Shown: positions 32,379 through 44,926 of the stretch, one piece after another | Position numbering within the stretch: the first letter of the stretch is position 1 | Layout: each line of letters begins with the position of its first letter | Source of the DNA: a virus | Taxonomy: Duplodnaviria; Heunggongvirae; Uroviricota; Caudoviricetes | IMG/VR virus record: IMGVR_UViG_3300021431_000082 | Span: 72,047 to 136,046 of that record | Strand: one strand, 5' to 3' | Length of the DNA: 64,000 nucleotides | Made by a program: the position numbers and the translations under genes | The notes under the pieces: generated by a model | Told to the model about the DNA's origin: nothing | Seen by the model: the letters and a program-made list of their open reading frames with translations, nothing else | The model's database searches: none

Positions 32379-34446
32379 TATCTACAACGACGATATAGCC
32401 CAGAGATGTGTGTATGGCGCTGAGTTTGTGCGTAAGCTGCTCGGCGTTGAGCTTGGATGGGAAAAGATATACGAACGCCCTCCCGCTCTGTTGATGACAC
32501 ACAAACAGCTCGAAGGGTTTATCAAGCTGTAGCAACAACGTGACTATTACCAACAGAACCCCGTTAAGTTTGTCGAAGATTTCTTTCAGATTCAGTTGAT
32601 TGATTCCCAGGCTTATCTATTTCAGATGGCCTGGATTACACCAAGAGTTATTATCCTTGCAAGCCGTGGATACGGTAAGTCTCTGTTTATCGATCTATTT
32701 ATCATGACTAAACAGATGCTTGCTTCTGAGCCATGGACTTGCGCTATCGCGGCTGGTTCTTCTGACCAGTCGAATACAACCTTTAAGAAGCTCGAAGATA
32801 TTGCCTACGACCGTATCGATTCAATGATCGGTTCGAACGGTAAAATCTTCCGCGAAGAAATTGTTATACCAAACGCCAACGGTGATGGATTCAACCATAA
32901 CCCCTCCAGTTTCTCGTATCGTCTATATAACGATTCAGAAACGAACACCGTCAACTCCAACGTCGATAAGAACAGAGGTAAGCGTAAGCGAGCTGTCTTC
33001 TTTGATGAATCTGGTTTCCTGGACGCCGATCTCGTTCAGGTCTACAGCGCATTTGCAATCGTTGAAAAAGGATTCAAGACTGGATTTGATTCTGACGGTA
33101 ACGCTATTGATATGGTGCGGCTCAGGGCACTCCCACCTGAAGTCCCGAACCAGATCATTAACGTATCGTCCGCTTCGAATACGGACACTGACTTCTATGC
33201 TAAGTATCGTGACTACTCCAAGCGCATGATTATGGGTGACAGATCATTCTTTGTGGCTCATATTGACTGCGATCTTGTTATGAAGCCTACGGTACATGGT
33301 AAGCGAATGAGTGCGCTGTTATCCAAAGACACCATTGATGCAGCTATGCGTACAAACCCTGAGAAAGCTCGACGCGAGTATTACTGTCAGTTCACATCTG
33401 ATGCCGGCGCTAATGCTATCATCAGGCGTGGAGTCATTACCCGTAATGAGAAGACCTATAAACCGATCCATGAGAATTCAGACAATTCCGGTGGATGGGT
33501 AATCTGTTACGACCCGGCAAGAAGTCGAGATAACTCGATTATCTTAGCCGGTCAGATTTATGACTCTCCTACTAATGACGGTAAGATGGAAAAGTGCGGA
33601 AGGATTGTTGAGTGCGTCAACCTGCTTGATGTCGGTAAGAAGATCCGAAGTCCTATGCAGACGCCAGATCAGATTGAATATCTGAAGCAGCTGATTGTTG
33701 CTTTTAACGGTGATGCAGATGGATATGGAAATCTGTACGGAGTCTATATCGACGCAGGATCAGGTGGAGGCGGAGTTAATATCGCTGACTACCTGATGGA
33801 TGATTGGTATGACAAGGCCGGTAACTTTCACCGTGGTTTAATTGACGAGGAGTATTCCGAAGAGTACGTCAAGAAATTCCCGAATGCAGTCCGTGGCAAA
33901 CTGCACTTACTCTCCCCAAGTAAGTACAAGTCTGACATGTATGAAGCCCTCATTGAACTGTTCAATCAGAATAAGATTAAGCTGACAACCACATATGATG
34001 GAAGCGGTCAGTTAACAGTCTTCAATACCGAAGCTATTGACCTCGCTGCCGAAACCAAGAAGATCAGCGCAAAGCTTAAGAGGGAACAGCTTAAGCCAGA
34101 GGAATTCGACGCCAGATTGCAAGAGGAATTAGACAAAGCTCAAAACGTCAACTTAACCGTGGCCAAACTTGACTGGCTTGACGAGCTGTCACTTACAAAC
34201 ATAGACGCAATGAAGGAAGAGATAGTCAACATGGTGCGTATTAGTCGCGCTTCAGGCAAAGACTCTTTTGAGCTTACGCCTGAGAAGCAGAATAAACTCC
34301 ATGATGACCGAGCTTACTGTTGTGCTGAGTTTGCGTATGCTCTCATGTCAGCAAGACGAGCTCATTTAACCGAACGTAAGGTAACACAACCATAGACCCT
34401 CATTGACCGGATGTCAGTGAGAAAACCTCAAATATACAGGAGATAA
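32356..34446 (+). CDS. Terminase large subunit (696 aa; TAG at 32530 and 34393)
   Basis: ASRGYGKS Walker A, FFDESG Walker B, YDPARSRD and LHDDRAY nuclease motifs. Confidence 0.92.
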
Positions 34447-34452
34447 GGAATT

Positions 34453-34647
34453 ATGACTATTAATATTTCTGAGATGGATAGAATTGCCGCTAAGCTGAAG
34501 GATGCCAAGGGTTCTAAGAACTATGAGAACGTGCTTCAGAAGTACACTGGTCCTGGAACCGGCCTGGTTTGGGATGAGGATGCTGAGAAGCTGAACATCG
34601 CTTCCGACTGGTACGCTGATGCTAACGGAGATATTGTCCGTAGATAA
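34453..34647 (+). CDS. Hypothetical protein
   Basis: 64-aa ORF, AAGGA RBS. Confidence 0.6.
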   Translation: MTINISEMDRIAAKLKDAKGSKNYENVLQKYTGPGTGLVWDEDAEKLNIASDWYADANGDIVRR

Positions 34648-34701
34648 TTTTAAGATACCGGGGCGGCTTATGTCGCCCCTATTACTTTAAGGAGGCCGCA
34701 A

Positions 34702-36210
34702 TTGGCTAGAAGAACTGTGGCTGCGGCTTCATCGCCGGGAACTGAATTAAGGTAGGTAGCTGAACTTCGAGAGTGGTTTAAGAAAACGGTAGAGTCAATG
34801 GGATCACTGAGGCTGATTGATCTCTCAAAGAACACAACTCGCCGCTACGGAAAGATCACTATCGAAAAGCTCCGCCAGTATTTTCAGAACCCATATCGGT
34901 ATCAGACCGAACTGATTAAAGCCGCTCAATACTTTTATCGGACGAACGCTGTGTTCCAGGCTTTAGTCCAGTACTTTGCTACTATGTTTGTGCCTGATGC
35001 AAGGAGCGTCATTCCACGTTATAACCTTGCCAAGCGTACAGCTGGTGCTGACAGTAAGGTAATCAAAGCTTACTATCAGACGCTTGATGAAATCGAAAAG
35101 CTTGATCTTCTTGCTAACTTTACCAAGATGCTGGTTGACGCATGGACTTGCGATGTAGCGTATGGCGTCCTGTATCGTGATGATACTGGTGCTTTTATAC
35201 TTCCACTTGATCCAGAGTATTGCCGTATCTCCGGTATGAACCCGGACGGTACATTTACTTTCGCCTATAACATGGATTACTTCCTCGGCAGCAACGAGTA
35301 TCTGCTCGACTACTTGGGCGAACCGTTCGTCTCCATGTATCGTGATCGTGGAGATTCAAAGTGGGTGAATGTCCCAAGTAATGTCGGGGTTGTTATCAAG
35401 ATCAACACAAACGACCCGCTTCTCATTATGCCTCCGTTTGCCGGATTGTTCTCAAGTTTAATTCAGCTGTCAAACCTTGAGGACATCCAGGATACAAAGG
35501 ATGCGCTAAGTGCATATAAGATTCTGGTTGCTAAGGTTCCACTTCTTGATTCCAAACTCCCAGATGATTTTGCCGTTGACATTGATACCGCTGAGAAATA
35601 CTGCAAGAAGATTGAGCAGAACCTGATGGAGCAGATTGGATTTGTCATGTCTCCCGGTCTTGATCTGGATGTTCTCGATGTTATGGAAGATGGCACTTCG
35701 GAAGTTAACCGCATCAATCAGGCGCAGAGCAATATCTTTGACAAAGAAGGAGTTCCGCTTCTCGACGCTAAGAACATTACAAGCTCTACCGCATGGAAGC
35801 TTATATCTATCTATAACACGAGACGAGCACTCTCCACTACTCTTCCGCAAATTCAGGCATTTGTGAACCGCTGGCTCCAGGACAAGATTGGACCTAACGC
35901 GGCGAAAGTGGTTTTCCACCTCACCTCTCCATACCTTCTCGACACCTTCCGTGAGCAGATTAAAGATTCTGCTACTCTTGGTATGCCTGTGAAGTTACTT
36001 CTCAATCAGCTTAATGGCGTGAGCGAGATCGACACTCTCAGGATGAACAAGCTTGAGATCGAAGAACTTGGACTGCATAAGGCGTTTATTCCACTCTCCA
36101 CTTCTTATACACAAAGTACTGATGCTGCCGATCCGATTGAAGGTGGAGCGCCAACTAAGATCGAGGTTACCGATAAAGGCGAAGAAAGTCGAGACGGTAA
36201 AGAGCAATGA
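34702..36210 (+). CDS. Portal protein (502 aa; TAG at 34753)
   Basis: TTG start after AAGGAGG; position after TerL; PLDPEYCRI and PLSTSYTQS motifs. Confidence 0.85.
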
Positions 36211-36383
36211 AGCAGTTATTTATTAAGACAAGAGACAAAGGAACGGCTGACAAGCTGAAAGAACTCGGCTTTAAAGTCATTAGCGAGTCTGGCGGAATGT
36301 GGACGTTTCTGAACGACTCCACGATTCGTTTTGACGCTGATGGTAATAAGAAAGCCGTGTACAGCGATAGGATCGAAATCTAA
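36207..36383 (+). CDS. Small conserved head-region protein (58 aa)
   Basis: MKQLFIKTRDKGTADKL...; overlaps both neighbours. Confidence 0.7.
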   Translation: MKQLFIKTRDKGTADKLKELGFKVISESGGMWTFLNDSTIRFDADGNKKAVYSDRIEI

Positions 36384-37879
36384 TGAGAAAACTTATGACA
36401 CTTGATGACCTGTATAGCTTCTACTCTCAGCAGGCCGTATCTGCCAACTTCAGTGTGGATATGGACCATCCTGCGATTGCGGTTGCTGTACCTGGCCGAC
36501 TTACTTACGAGGAGGACGCATAGCAGTTCGGACTTACTCCGGTTGTACTGAATGCGTGTCACACCGGTAAGAATCTCAACCAGTCTCGCATTTCCAAGGA
36601 GACGATGGAGGAGGCGCTACCCTCATTCAGGAATCGCCCGATTCTCGGCTATATCTGGAAGGACGAGGATGGCAATCCGCAGTTTGATTCTCACAACATG
36701 CATCAGGATGAAGATGGGGCTATTGTTTATGACGAACAGCCTATCGGACATATTCGTGAAAACAGTGACGTTCATCTTGAGTATGACGAAGCTGAGGATA
36801 AATATCGTGTGATCGCAGATGGATTTATCTACGATGATTACACGGATGCGGTTGAGATTCTTAAGCGTGAGACACAGTGTGATGTTTCTGTGGAACTTGC
36901 AGTCCTCGACCTTTCATACTCCGCTGAAGAGCGTGTTCTCGACATCAATAAGTTCATCTTCACCGGCGTTACGATTCTCGGTAAGGATGAATAGACCGGT
37001 GAAAAAGTCAATCCTGGAATGGAAGGGTCTAACATCACCGCTTTTGAAAACGGGAATGTAATTACAATTGATGCGTCTAAAATATCTAGCGGTACTATCG
37101 TTGCTAATAACACCGCCCAGTTTACGACGATCAATATAAACGAAAATCAAGGAAAGGAGGGGGATGCAACAGTGGATGACGTAAACATGAACGCTCAAAC
37201 CACTGAGGGGGGATCTACCGTTGATACCACTCCTTCTGCGGTTCGTGCGTATAGTGTTGTTGTTGATGGCGAAACCCACAACTTTGAACTGACGCTCGGT
37301 GACATTCAGTTCGCTCTCAACCGTCTTGTCAATGAGACCTACGGCGAGGCGGACGATTGCTACTATGATGTCGAAGTTTACCCTGATTCCAGTACCGTTG
37401 TTATGTACAACTGGTGGATCGGCAATGAGGGTTATCGTCAGAGCTTTGAGTCCGACGAGGAAGGTAACTACTCTCTCACCGGCGAGCGTGAGGCTGTCAA
37501 GCGTGTCTGGATTACTGAAGCTGAGGAACAGCAGATTGATGCTGACCGCCAGTCTAAGGCAGACCTTGAAGCTCAGCTCGAAGAGATCAAAGGGCAACTC
37601 GCTACATATCAAGAAGCTGAAGCTAAGGCACAAAGACAGGCTGTGATTGAAAGTGAAGATTTCGCTGTCATCGCTGACACTGAGGAATTCCAGGCTATCG
37701 TCGCTGAGATCGACAACTATTCTGTGTCTGAGCTTGAAGATAAGCTGAATACTCTTCTACTCAGCTATGCAAAGAAACAGTTCGCCGCTAATAAGCCAGA
37801 GGCTAAGCCTGTGGTGCAGTTTGCTGTGAACGACAAACCTACCAAGAAGTCTCCGTACGGCGGACTCTTCAAAGACTAA
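36383..37879 (+). CDS. Prohead protease/scaffold (498 aa; TAG at 36521 and 36992)
   Basis: ACHTGKNLN, NRPILG, SVEL, FTGVTILG...PGMEGS; acidic coiled-coil C-terminus; joins three ORF-track fragments. Confidence 0.85.
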
Positions 37880-37902
37880 TTTAATTTAAGGAGATTAAAA
37901 GA

Positions 37903-38379
37903 ATGACTAATATTGAAGCATTCCTTGCCTCCGTCAGTAAGCACGCAGTCGCTGAGTAGACCAAGATTAAGGCTACCGAGTGCGGCCACATGTTCAATCT
38001 GAAGGCAGACAAGGATTATGACAATGGTGTTGTTGTTGCTAAGAATGCTTATCTTGAGGGCGATATCTATTCCATCAAGGATTCCACCGACTTTGCTGGA
38101 ACGATTGTTGATATCGCAGCTAATGGCAACTTCATCGTGCATGTTACCGATCCTGGTGATGGCCTGCTTGTTCTGACCCCGCCGCTGGCATATGTGACCG
38201 AGCCTGCTCGTTTCGCTGCCGAGGATCAGTTCTACAACGCTAAGGATTCCATCATGAGAGCTTACGAGCTTGTTAAGGATGATGAGTTCGCTGTTTCTGC
38301 TGAAGGTTTCGATACGACCCCTTCCAAGGGACAGACTGTTACTGTTACTGCTACCACCCGTAAACTCCATACGGCATAA
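37903..38379 (+). CDS. Capsid decoration/auxiliary protein (158 aa; TAG at 37957)
   Basis: AAGGAG RBS; HAVAE*TKIKAT, DYDNG, RAYEL...DEFAVS motifs. Confidence 0.8.
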
Positions 38380-38399
38380 TCCAGAGGAGGTAAAAGATT

Positions 38400-39503
38400 A
38401 TGAGAATTACGTTTGATCATGAAGTAATCTCCTCTGTTTTTGAGAACGAGGAGCAGTTCGAGGGCTTTAAGTCCCTGATGTTTGAAGCTGGCATGAAGAA
38501 CTTCAGCGAGGCTTCTATGACTATCGCCAAGGCTAACGCTAAGATCCGTGACATGTTCACAGAGATGACTGGCCTTGAAGTCGGCAAGAAGCATACGAGA
38601 ACTGAAGTGCGTAGAGCTATCCGCAGAATGCAGAATGATCCGGTTTGCTTCGACCTTATGGAAGAGGTTCTGGATCAGATCATCACTACCGGTTGGAATG
38701 AGAATCCGTGGTTCAACGAGTTTGTTGAGAAGAGAAATCCTGCGCTTGGTGATTCCATCGTATTTACGACAGAAGATGATACTGTCCTTTCTGTCGAGAA
38801 GGTTGCTGGGAATCATCACGATCTACGCAGACAGCGCCTTGGCGTTGGTTCTCATGTAACTCCGACGACCGCTTGGTATGGCGTTAAGGTTTATGCTGAG
38901 TTCGAAAAAATTCTTACCAACCAAGAAGACTGGAGCAAGCTTGTCTCTAAGGTTGCTGAGGCGTTCGTGAAGTTTGTTATTGACTTCACCTATTCCGCTA
39001 TCGGTCAAGCTACTACCAAGATGGCTACCGAGGCTAAGTTCCACAATACCGGATCTCTGTCCTATGCTAACGTCATTGCTCTTGCCGGCGAGGTTGAGGC
39101 TGTGAACCAGGGTTGCGAAGTCGTGATCATGGGTACCAAGACCGCTCTTGCTAACCTGTATGCGATTGCTCCGGCTCAGTGGATTTCCAACGAGATGCAG
39201 CAGGAGCGCAATCAGACTGGTAAGCTTGGCATTTGGCAAGGCTACAGACTGGTTGAGATTCCGAACGGTTACACCGATAAGACTCTGACCACGAAGCTTG
39301 TTGCTGACGATCAGATCCTGTTCATCCCGGTTAGCGCCGATATGAAGCTTGTCGCTATGATCGATGAGGGTGATGGTGTTATCACCGAGATCAATGATCA
39401 GGCTGTCCATATGGATATGACCTACGATTACGAGTATCAGCGTAAGATGGGCTTTGCTCTTCTGCTTCGTAGGAAGTTCGGTGTCTGGACTTCTATTGTC
39501 TAA
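38400..39503 (+). CDS. Major capsid protein (no TAG)
   Basis: 367 aa; strong codon bias; position after protease and decoration genes. Confidence 0.85.
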   Translation: MRITFDHEVISSVFENEEQFEGFKSLMFEAGMKNFSEASMTIAKANAKIRDMFTEMTGLEVGKKHTRTEVRRAIRRMQNDPVCFDLMEEVLDQIITTGWNENPWFNEFVEKRNPALGDSIVFTTEDDTVLSVEKVAGNHHDLRRQRLGVGSHVTPTTAWYGVKVYAEFEKILTNQEDWSKLVSKVAEAFVKFVIDFTYSAIGQATTKMATEAKFHNTGSLSYANVIALAGEVEAVNQGCEVVIMGTKTALANLYAIAPAQWISNEMQQERNQTGKLGIWQGYRLVEIPNGYTDKTLTTKLVADDQILFIPVSADMKLVAMIDEGDGVITEINDQAVHMDMTYDYEYQRKMGFALLLRRKFGVWTSIV

Positions 39504-39559
39504 TTACAGCGGGGCGGTGAATAACCGCCCCTTTACTTTTATGGAGGATAAAAAGGAAA

Positions 39560-40105
39560 ATGCCAAGAAAGGCTAAACCGGCTACTGATAAAGTTGCCGC
39601 TCCAATTGAGACGCCTGTTGTGGAAGTTCCCCAGGTTAAGGAGTATCAGCCGTATGATCTGATTCCGTGCCAGTCTCTTACGAGCGGCGAAATGTTTTAT
39701 AACAGCCCGAAGTCAAATACCATGTACAAATGGGATGATAACGGAGCCATCATTGATGTAACCTATGAAGACCTGATCGCTATGAAGCAGTCTCACTCTG
39801 AACTGATGTACCGCCCTTGTTTCATGATTATGGATAAGGAACTGCTTGCTCAGCCGAGATGGATGGATATCGCTAAAATTTACAGCGGTTATGACATCAT
39901 ATCTCTGAGTGACGCAGAGAAGGTTATCAATCTGGACGTTAACTCCCTAAGTAAGGCTCTTAATCGGCTTACACCGGCAATGAGAGCCGTCATTTGCAAT
40001 ACTGCCGCAGACATGATCGAGAAGGGTACTCTTGATTCAATTGCGAAGATCAAGGCTATCGACGAAATCTGCGGAACGGAACTGTACACCCTTGCCTTCA
40101 AGTGA
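39560..40105 (+). CDS. Head-completion region protein
   Basis: 181 aa; ends LDSIAKIKAIDEICG. Confidence 0.7.
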   Translation: MPRKAKPATDKVAAPIETPVVEVPQVKEYQPYDLIPCQSLTSGEMFYNSPKSNTMYKWDDNGAIIDVTYEDLIAMKQSHSELMYRPCFMIMDKELLAQPRWMDIAKIYSGYDIISLSDAEKVINLDVNSLSKALNRLTPAMRAVICNTAADMIEKGTLDSIAKIKAIDEICGTELYTLAFK

Positions 40106-40113
40106 GGTGAGTA

Positions 40114-40575
40114 ATGTTACAGCTGACGTACAACGAGATTTACAGCTCGTTCTTCTCGAAGGTAGAATCGTATGACCTCGCATAGATGGTCGAGGAACAA
40201 GCAAAAGATATGATGTCTGAGTGGCTCCACTCCGTAGCTGTTAATCCCAGAGTATTCAAACTGCTGTCAGACTTTGAGCTTGATGATGAAATCGGAAGAT
40301 TCAGATTCCAGCTTAAGCGGACAAGTGGTTTTGATGCTGTGGATAAGGGCTACATGAAGGATGTGCTTGCTACCGGTGTGGCTCTTAAGTGGGCTGAACC
40401 TAAGTATGCTTCGGCACTGAACGTCAGCCAGGTATTCGGATAGTCTGAAGTATCATACTATTCACAGGCAAATCACATCAATGCGGTAAAGGAAATGGTT
40501 AGCGATTTGGAAGCTCGCTTCGCTAAACTGATCAGGGACTATGGAACCTACAACAACCGTTATATTGACGGATAA
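40114..40575 (+). CDS. Head-tail adaptor (153 aa; TAG at 40183 and 40441)
   Basis: YNEIYSSF at N-terminus, YSQANH motif after second TAG. Confidence 0.8.
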
Positions 40576-40888
40576 ATACGGAGCTGGATTTACTCCTGAG
40601 CAACTGGAGAAAGAACTGGAATTTCTACACAAAGAAGTTCACCGTCTACTCTATGGTAAGGAGAATGATGATCCAAAGCTACCGATTTATTTTGATAAGC
40701 TTCAGCGGATGTTAGCTGGCCTGAACGAGCTACTGGCCTGTCCGCCTGAACTTGTCAGTCTGATGAGCGACATTGAGTAGGCTCGTATCGAAGCGGCTAA
40801 TCCCGACTTTGATCATGAGGCTTATCGGCGACTGATACTTGATTCTCATTCAATACTCGACAGGATGTTTGGAGGTGTTGAAAAATGA
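40541..40888 (+). CDS. Neck-region hypothetical protein (115 aa; TAG at 40778)
   Basis: Read-through gives ...YRRLILDSHS and a TGA overlapping the next ATG. Confidence 0.75.
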
Positions 40889-42030
40889 TCACACTTCTGG
40901 ATAATCAAACTCGACTTATGAATGGGTTTCAGGGAAAAGCGCACGAATCGCAATCAGACATGGTTCTTGAAGCCACCTGGGGACGCAATGGTTCTGACAA
41001 GGTAGCGTATATATATGACTACTTCCATGATGACCAGCCCGATCTTGCTTAGGGTATGAGCTATTCGCAGTACACCACAAAGACAAAGATCGACATCAGA
41101 TATAATCTGACCGCTAAGGCATCACTTGCGAAAGACCAGAACGAATCTCATATCATGTTCCGACCGAGCGTTGAGCGTAAATTAACCAACACTTGGCCAC
41201 TCGATTACTACCCTACATCGTTCGGGAAGAACGCAGAGTTCCCCGTGGGGCTTTTTATTGATATCCCCGATAATAGAAATATCTATCGCAAATGGTTAAT
41301 ATGTGACCGGACATACTCCGAATCATATGTCTACTATCTAATTCTCCCGTGTAATTATTATTATACATGGGTGAAGGATGATAAGACATATGGCATGTGG
41401 GGTGTGGCACGTATCCAAAATTAGTACAATAGCGGTACGTGGAGAGCCAATATTACAAGTACTGTAGAAAACCAGGATCTTGGTTGGCTCCCAAATAACA
41501 GTTACACAAAGACTATTTTTTACGACACTAGGTTCGCTATTTGTGATGATATGCCTGAACCGATTGTTTGGAAATGTTCCAAAGTATCGACTGTACATCC
41601 GTTCGGGATCTACAAACTGACATTCTATCAGGATCGCTTTAATGCAGAAACTGATAAGTTTGTCGATGGCTTTTGGTACTGTGACTACAATCGGCAGAAC
41701 ATATCCAAAGAGCCTACGACTGAAATTACTCGTGTAGTGAGACTAACGCCAAGCTCCGGGCAATACAACATCCGCTCTGGACCTTATTCAAAAACTCTTG
41801 CTGCCACCATCATTGAGGATGGAGTAGACTTGACAGATAAGGCACATACCTATGGATGGCAATGCTTCATCGGAGATCAAAATGTCACTGGCGAACTAAC
41901 TCCTACTTACGATGGAAATAAAGTCACCCTTCACATGGAAAGCTATGATCACATTGGCGAGACGCTTCGTGTGGAAGTTCTCGTTGATGGTAAAGATAGC
42001 GCAACTATCGAACTGGAGGTGATCGCTTGA
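40885..42030 (+). CDS. Head-closure/neck protein (381 aa; TAG at 41050 and 41422)
   Basis: FPVGLFIDIPD, WLI, ILPCNY, QN*YNSG; joins two ORF-track fragments. Confidence 0.82.
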
Positions 42031-42623
42031 CGCTTGCTGAACGCAAAGTATTTTACAAAGACGAGATTGAACGCCTCCGCAATCTTACACAAATTACTCA
42101 GCATGAAAACATCAACTATAAGGAGAAGATCAAACATGTTCTCCTAAATAGTAAAGAACTTCTCTACGCTCTCAACAACACTGAGTTTGAGGGAAAGGAT
42201 GCCACCGCTGCTGATTACTTTGGTGTAAATATCCTGCCGTATATTATTGATCCGAATACCAGGCATATTGATCGGACCACAATTATGTACGACACAATCC
42301 ACTCAACTTACGCCGCTTATAATCCTGATGCTATCAAAATCCAGTATCTTCGTTTTTTAATTCTCGTACCACCGGCTGAGGCTATTGATACTCTTACCGG
42401 GATTCCAAGGCATGATCTGGTTGGGGCGATTATCGCAGACATGTTTGCCGGCACTAATATCTTCGGATGTCAGTGTAGGCAAATTGATGACAAAGGCGGA
42501 TCGACCGATTAGATGTTTATTTCTCGTGATATGTGGTTTGAGATTCATGCTCCTAACAACCGGATACGAGATGGAAAATTCATGCAGAATATTGTCAGGT
42601 CTGATTATCCTGGCAAACCGTAA
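42027..42623 (+). CDS. Tail completion protein (198 aa; TAG at 42510)
   Basis: ILPYII, RHDLVGAII; read-through ends at TAA overlapping the next ATG. Confidence 0.75.
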
Positions 42624-43366
42624 TGGCAGAGAAATTAAAACTGGAAATTGATGAGCTGAAGCTTTATTTCGGCTACGACTATCATGTCGGAAACATTACG
42701 ATACATCAACCCACTATGGGTCAGATTATCGACTATGGCGAACGTGAATACTATTCAATGGTTCATTGCCTAACATCAATCCCAAGTGACGCTAAATAGC
42801 TGTTATGGGAAAGCGGGATTGATTACTGTAAGATTAGCGATTTTGAGTACTTTATTCATATGACTCGGAACCTTTCTCAAGAGCAGACGAGTGTCCTTCT
42901 GGGCGACTTGGATTTGTCGAAGATGAATGTATATAAGAAGGATGAGGATCTGTTCCTTGTTGATGAAGAGCGTGGTCTCATCATTGATAAGATGGTTCAT
43001 CTTAATATTGCTACATACCTTCGTATGCTCCACAACATTAAGACCAAACCGGAGAAAACTAAGAGTAAAATTATCCGTGATATTCTTATAGAAGATGATA
43101 AGCGGAAGCGTGAACTTCACAAAGATGATGAGTACCAATCTGCTCTTCTGCCTATGTTTTCAGTGCTTGTAACTTCTGGGATCTATCGGAAGGACGAACT
43201 GAAACAGGTTGGGCTATATGAATTTTTTAATACAGTTAACCGTTTACCGATGTTAAAAACTGCTGCGGCGGTAATGAACGGTCTTTATTGTGGTTTTGCG
43301 GACTACAGTAAGAACCGTGCAATACTCGACCAGGCAAACATTTACCGGGATATTCCCAAAAACTAA
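42623..43366 (+). CDS. Conserved tail-region protein (247 aa; TAG at 42797)
   Basis: ITIHQPTMGQIIDYGEREYYS...IPSDAK*LLW...ISDFEYF. Confidence 0.82.
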
Positions 43367-43384
43367 TCATGGAGGAAATACAAA

Positions 43385-44200
43385 ATGATTCTGAAGAATC
43401 TAATGATCGACCGTGTTATCGACCTTACCGACTACGACAGATAGACCGGCCTTCGTCGTTTCACGCTGCCTGAAGTTCAGGACTTCTAGATCAACGTGAC
43501 GACTCAGGAAGACGAGATCACCGATGCTACCGGTTCTCCGATTGCTATTCTTGAGTCCGCTAAGTCCGCTGAGTTCTAGGGCAACTCTTCTTTCACCAAC
43601 CTTGAGCTGCTTGCTTATCAGTCTGCTGCCGATGACAACATCCTTACCAAGGATATCAACGGTATGGAGATCATCGAGGTGCTAACCATTACAGATGGTA
43701 AGGCTACCCTATCTCATACTCCTGTCGGCACGACTGGTAGCGAAATCGAGTATGTCTATGTTCGTAACTCCGATGGTACGAATGGTGACTACATGGAGCA
43801 GAGCACCGAGGCTGCTGCTGCCACTGCTACTGCGAAGGCTAAGTTCTCTCTGAGCGGTAAGGAACTGACCTTCGATAGCTCTCTGAATGGTACTTCCATC
43901 TATGTTGACTACAAGTTCAATGCCACCTCTGGTATGTACTTTGAGTCTCTGGATGATAAGTTCACTACCTCTTCCAAGATCGTTGTCCGTGTCCTTTGCA
44001 GAAACGTCTGCGATGATAACATGGTCACCGTGCTTGCTATCGTCTGCGAGAACGCTAAGCTGGCTTCCGCATTCGATCTGAGCTTCGCAAGATCTGAGAC
44101 TCATCCGTTCACCTATCGAGTCATGCCTGCGTACTGCGGCACTTCCGGTAAGTCTCTGTACAAGATCTACGTGCTTGATACTGACGACTACAACGAGTAA
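43385..44200 (+). CDS. Major tail (tube) protein (271 aa; TAG at 43442, 43487, 43577)
   Basis: GGAGG RBS; strongly biased codons; ends HPFTYRVMPAYC...LYKI. Confidence 0.82.
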
Positions 44201-44207
44201 TAAAAAA

Positions 44208-44235
44208 TGAGGAGGAGCTTCGGCTCCTCCTCTTT
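44208..44235 (+). terminator. Intrinsic terminator
   Basis: GAGGAGGAGC-TTCG-GCTCCTCCTC followed by T-rich tail. Confidence 0.75.
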
Positions 44236-44255
44236 CTCATAAAGGAGACAGACGA

Positions 44256-44639
44256 TTGGCTAAATATAAGATCTGTCCTGTTTGCGGCGGTAAGTTCAAG
44301 ACATGTACCACCTGTGAAAGTTCTTCTGCTCCATCATGGAAGAAACACTCTGATTCCTTCGAGCACTACGATATTTATACGACGGTTATCCTGTATACAC
44401 GCAATCAGCTTACGAAGGAAGAAGCAGCTGAACGACTGAGCCAGTATCCTAAGAAAGGGTATCTTGAATCTGTTCAGAAATTTGTTGATGAGATTTTTAA
44501 GACCGATGAGGTCGCTGAGACTACGAGTGAAAATATCGAAACTTCAATCGAAGTCTCTGACGCAGCTCCTGACGAGGATGCTGTTGAGACGCCAAAGAAG
44601 CGTCGCCGCAATAAAGGAATTGTGTTTGGTCAGGATTAA
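44256..44639 (+). CDS. Zinc-finger hypothetical protein
   Basis: CPVCGGKFKTCTTC; TTG start. Confidence 0.7.
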   Translation: MAKYKICPVCGGKFKTCTTCESSSAPSWKKHSDSFEHYDIYTTVILYTRNQLTKEEAAERLSQYPKKGYLESVQKFVDEIFKTDEVAETTSENIETSIEVSDAAPDEDAVETPKKRRRNKGIVFGQD

Positions 44640-44680
44640 ACACAATTCTGGCCAAATTTTTTTACGAGGATAAAAAGGAA

Positions 44681-44926
44681 ATGAATCCAAAGCTAGTCTA
44701 CTCACGTATGTTTCATGCAACATATGACACGAGTAAATGCGTCCGGGTTGTGAACCCATCTCAGATGTAGTTCTATCTTGAGAATGACGCTATGCCGAAA
44801 GATATTTATATCACAAAAAATTTCAAGACCGATAGAGATATGGTAGTTATGGTCTTTGATCGGAATGAAACCGCTGAGTTATATAAGCAGTGGGAATCCA
44901 ATAGAAAAGAGGTTGTAACCGCTTGA
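44681..44926 (+). CDS. Small conserved protein (81 aa; TAG at 44768)
   Basis: VRVVNPSQM*FYL...DIY...VMVFDR.ET.ELYKQW. Confidence 0.72.
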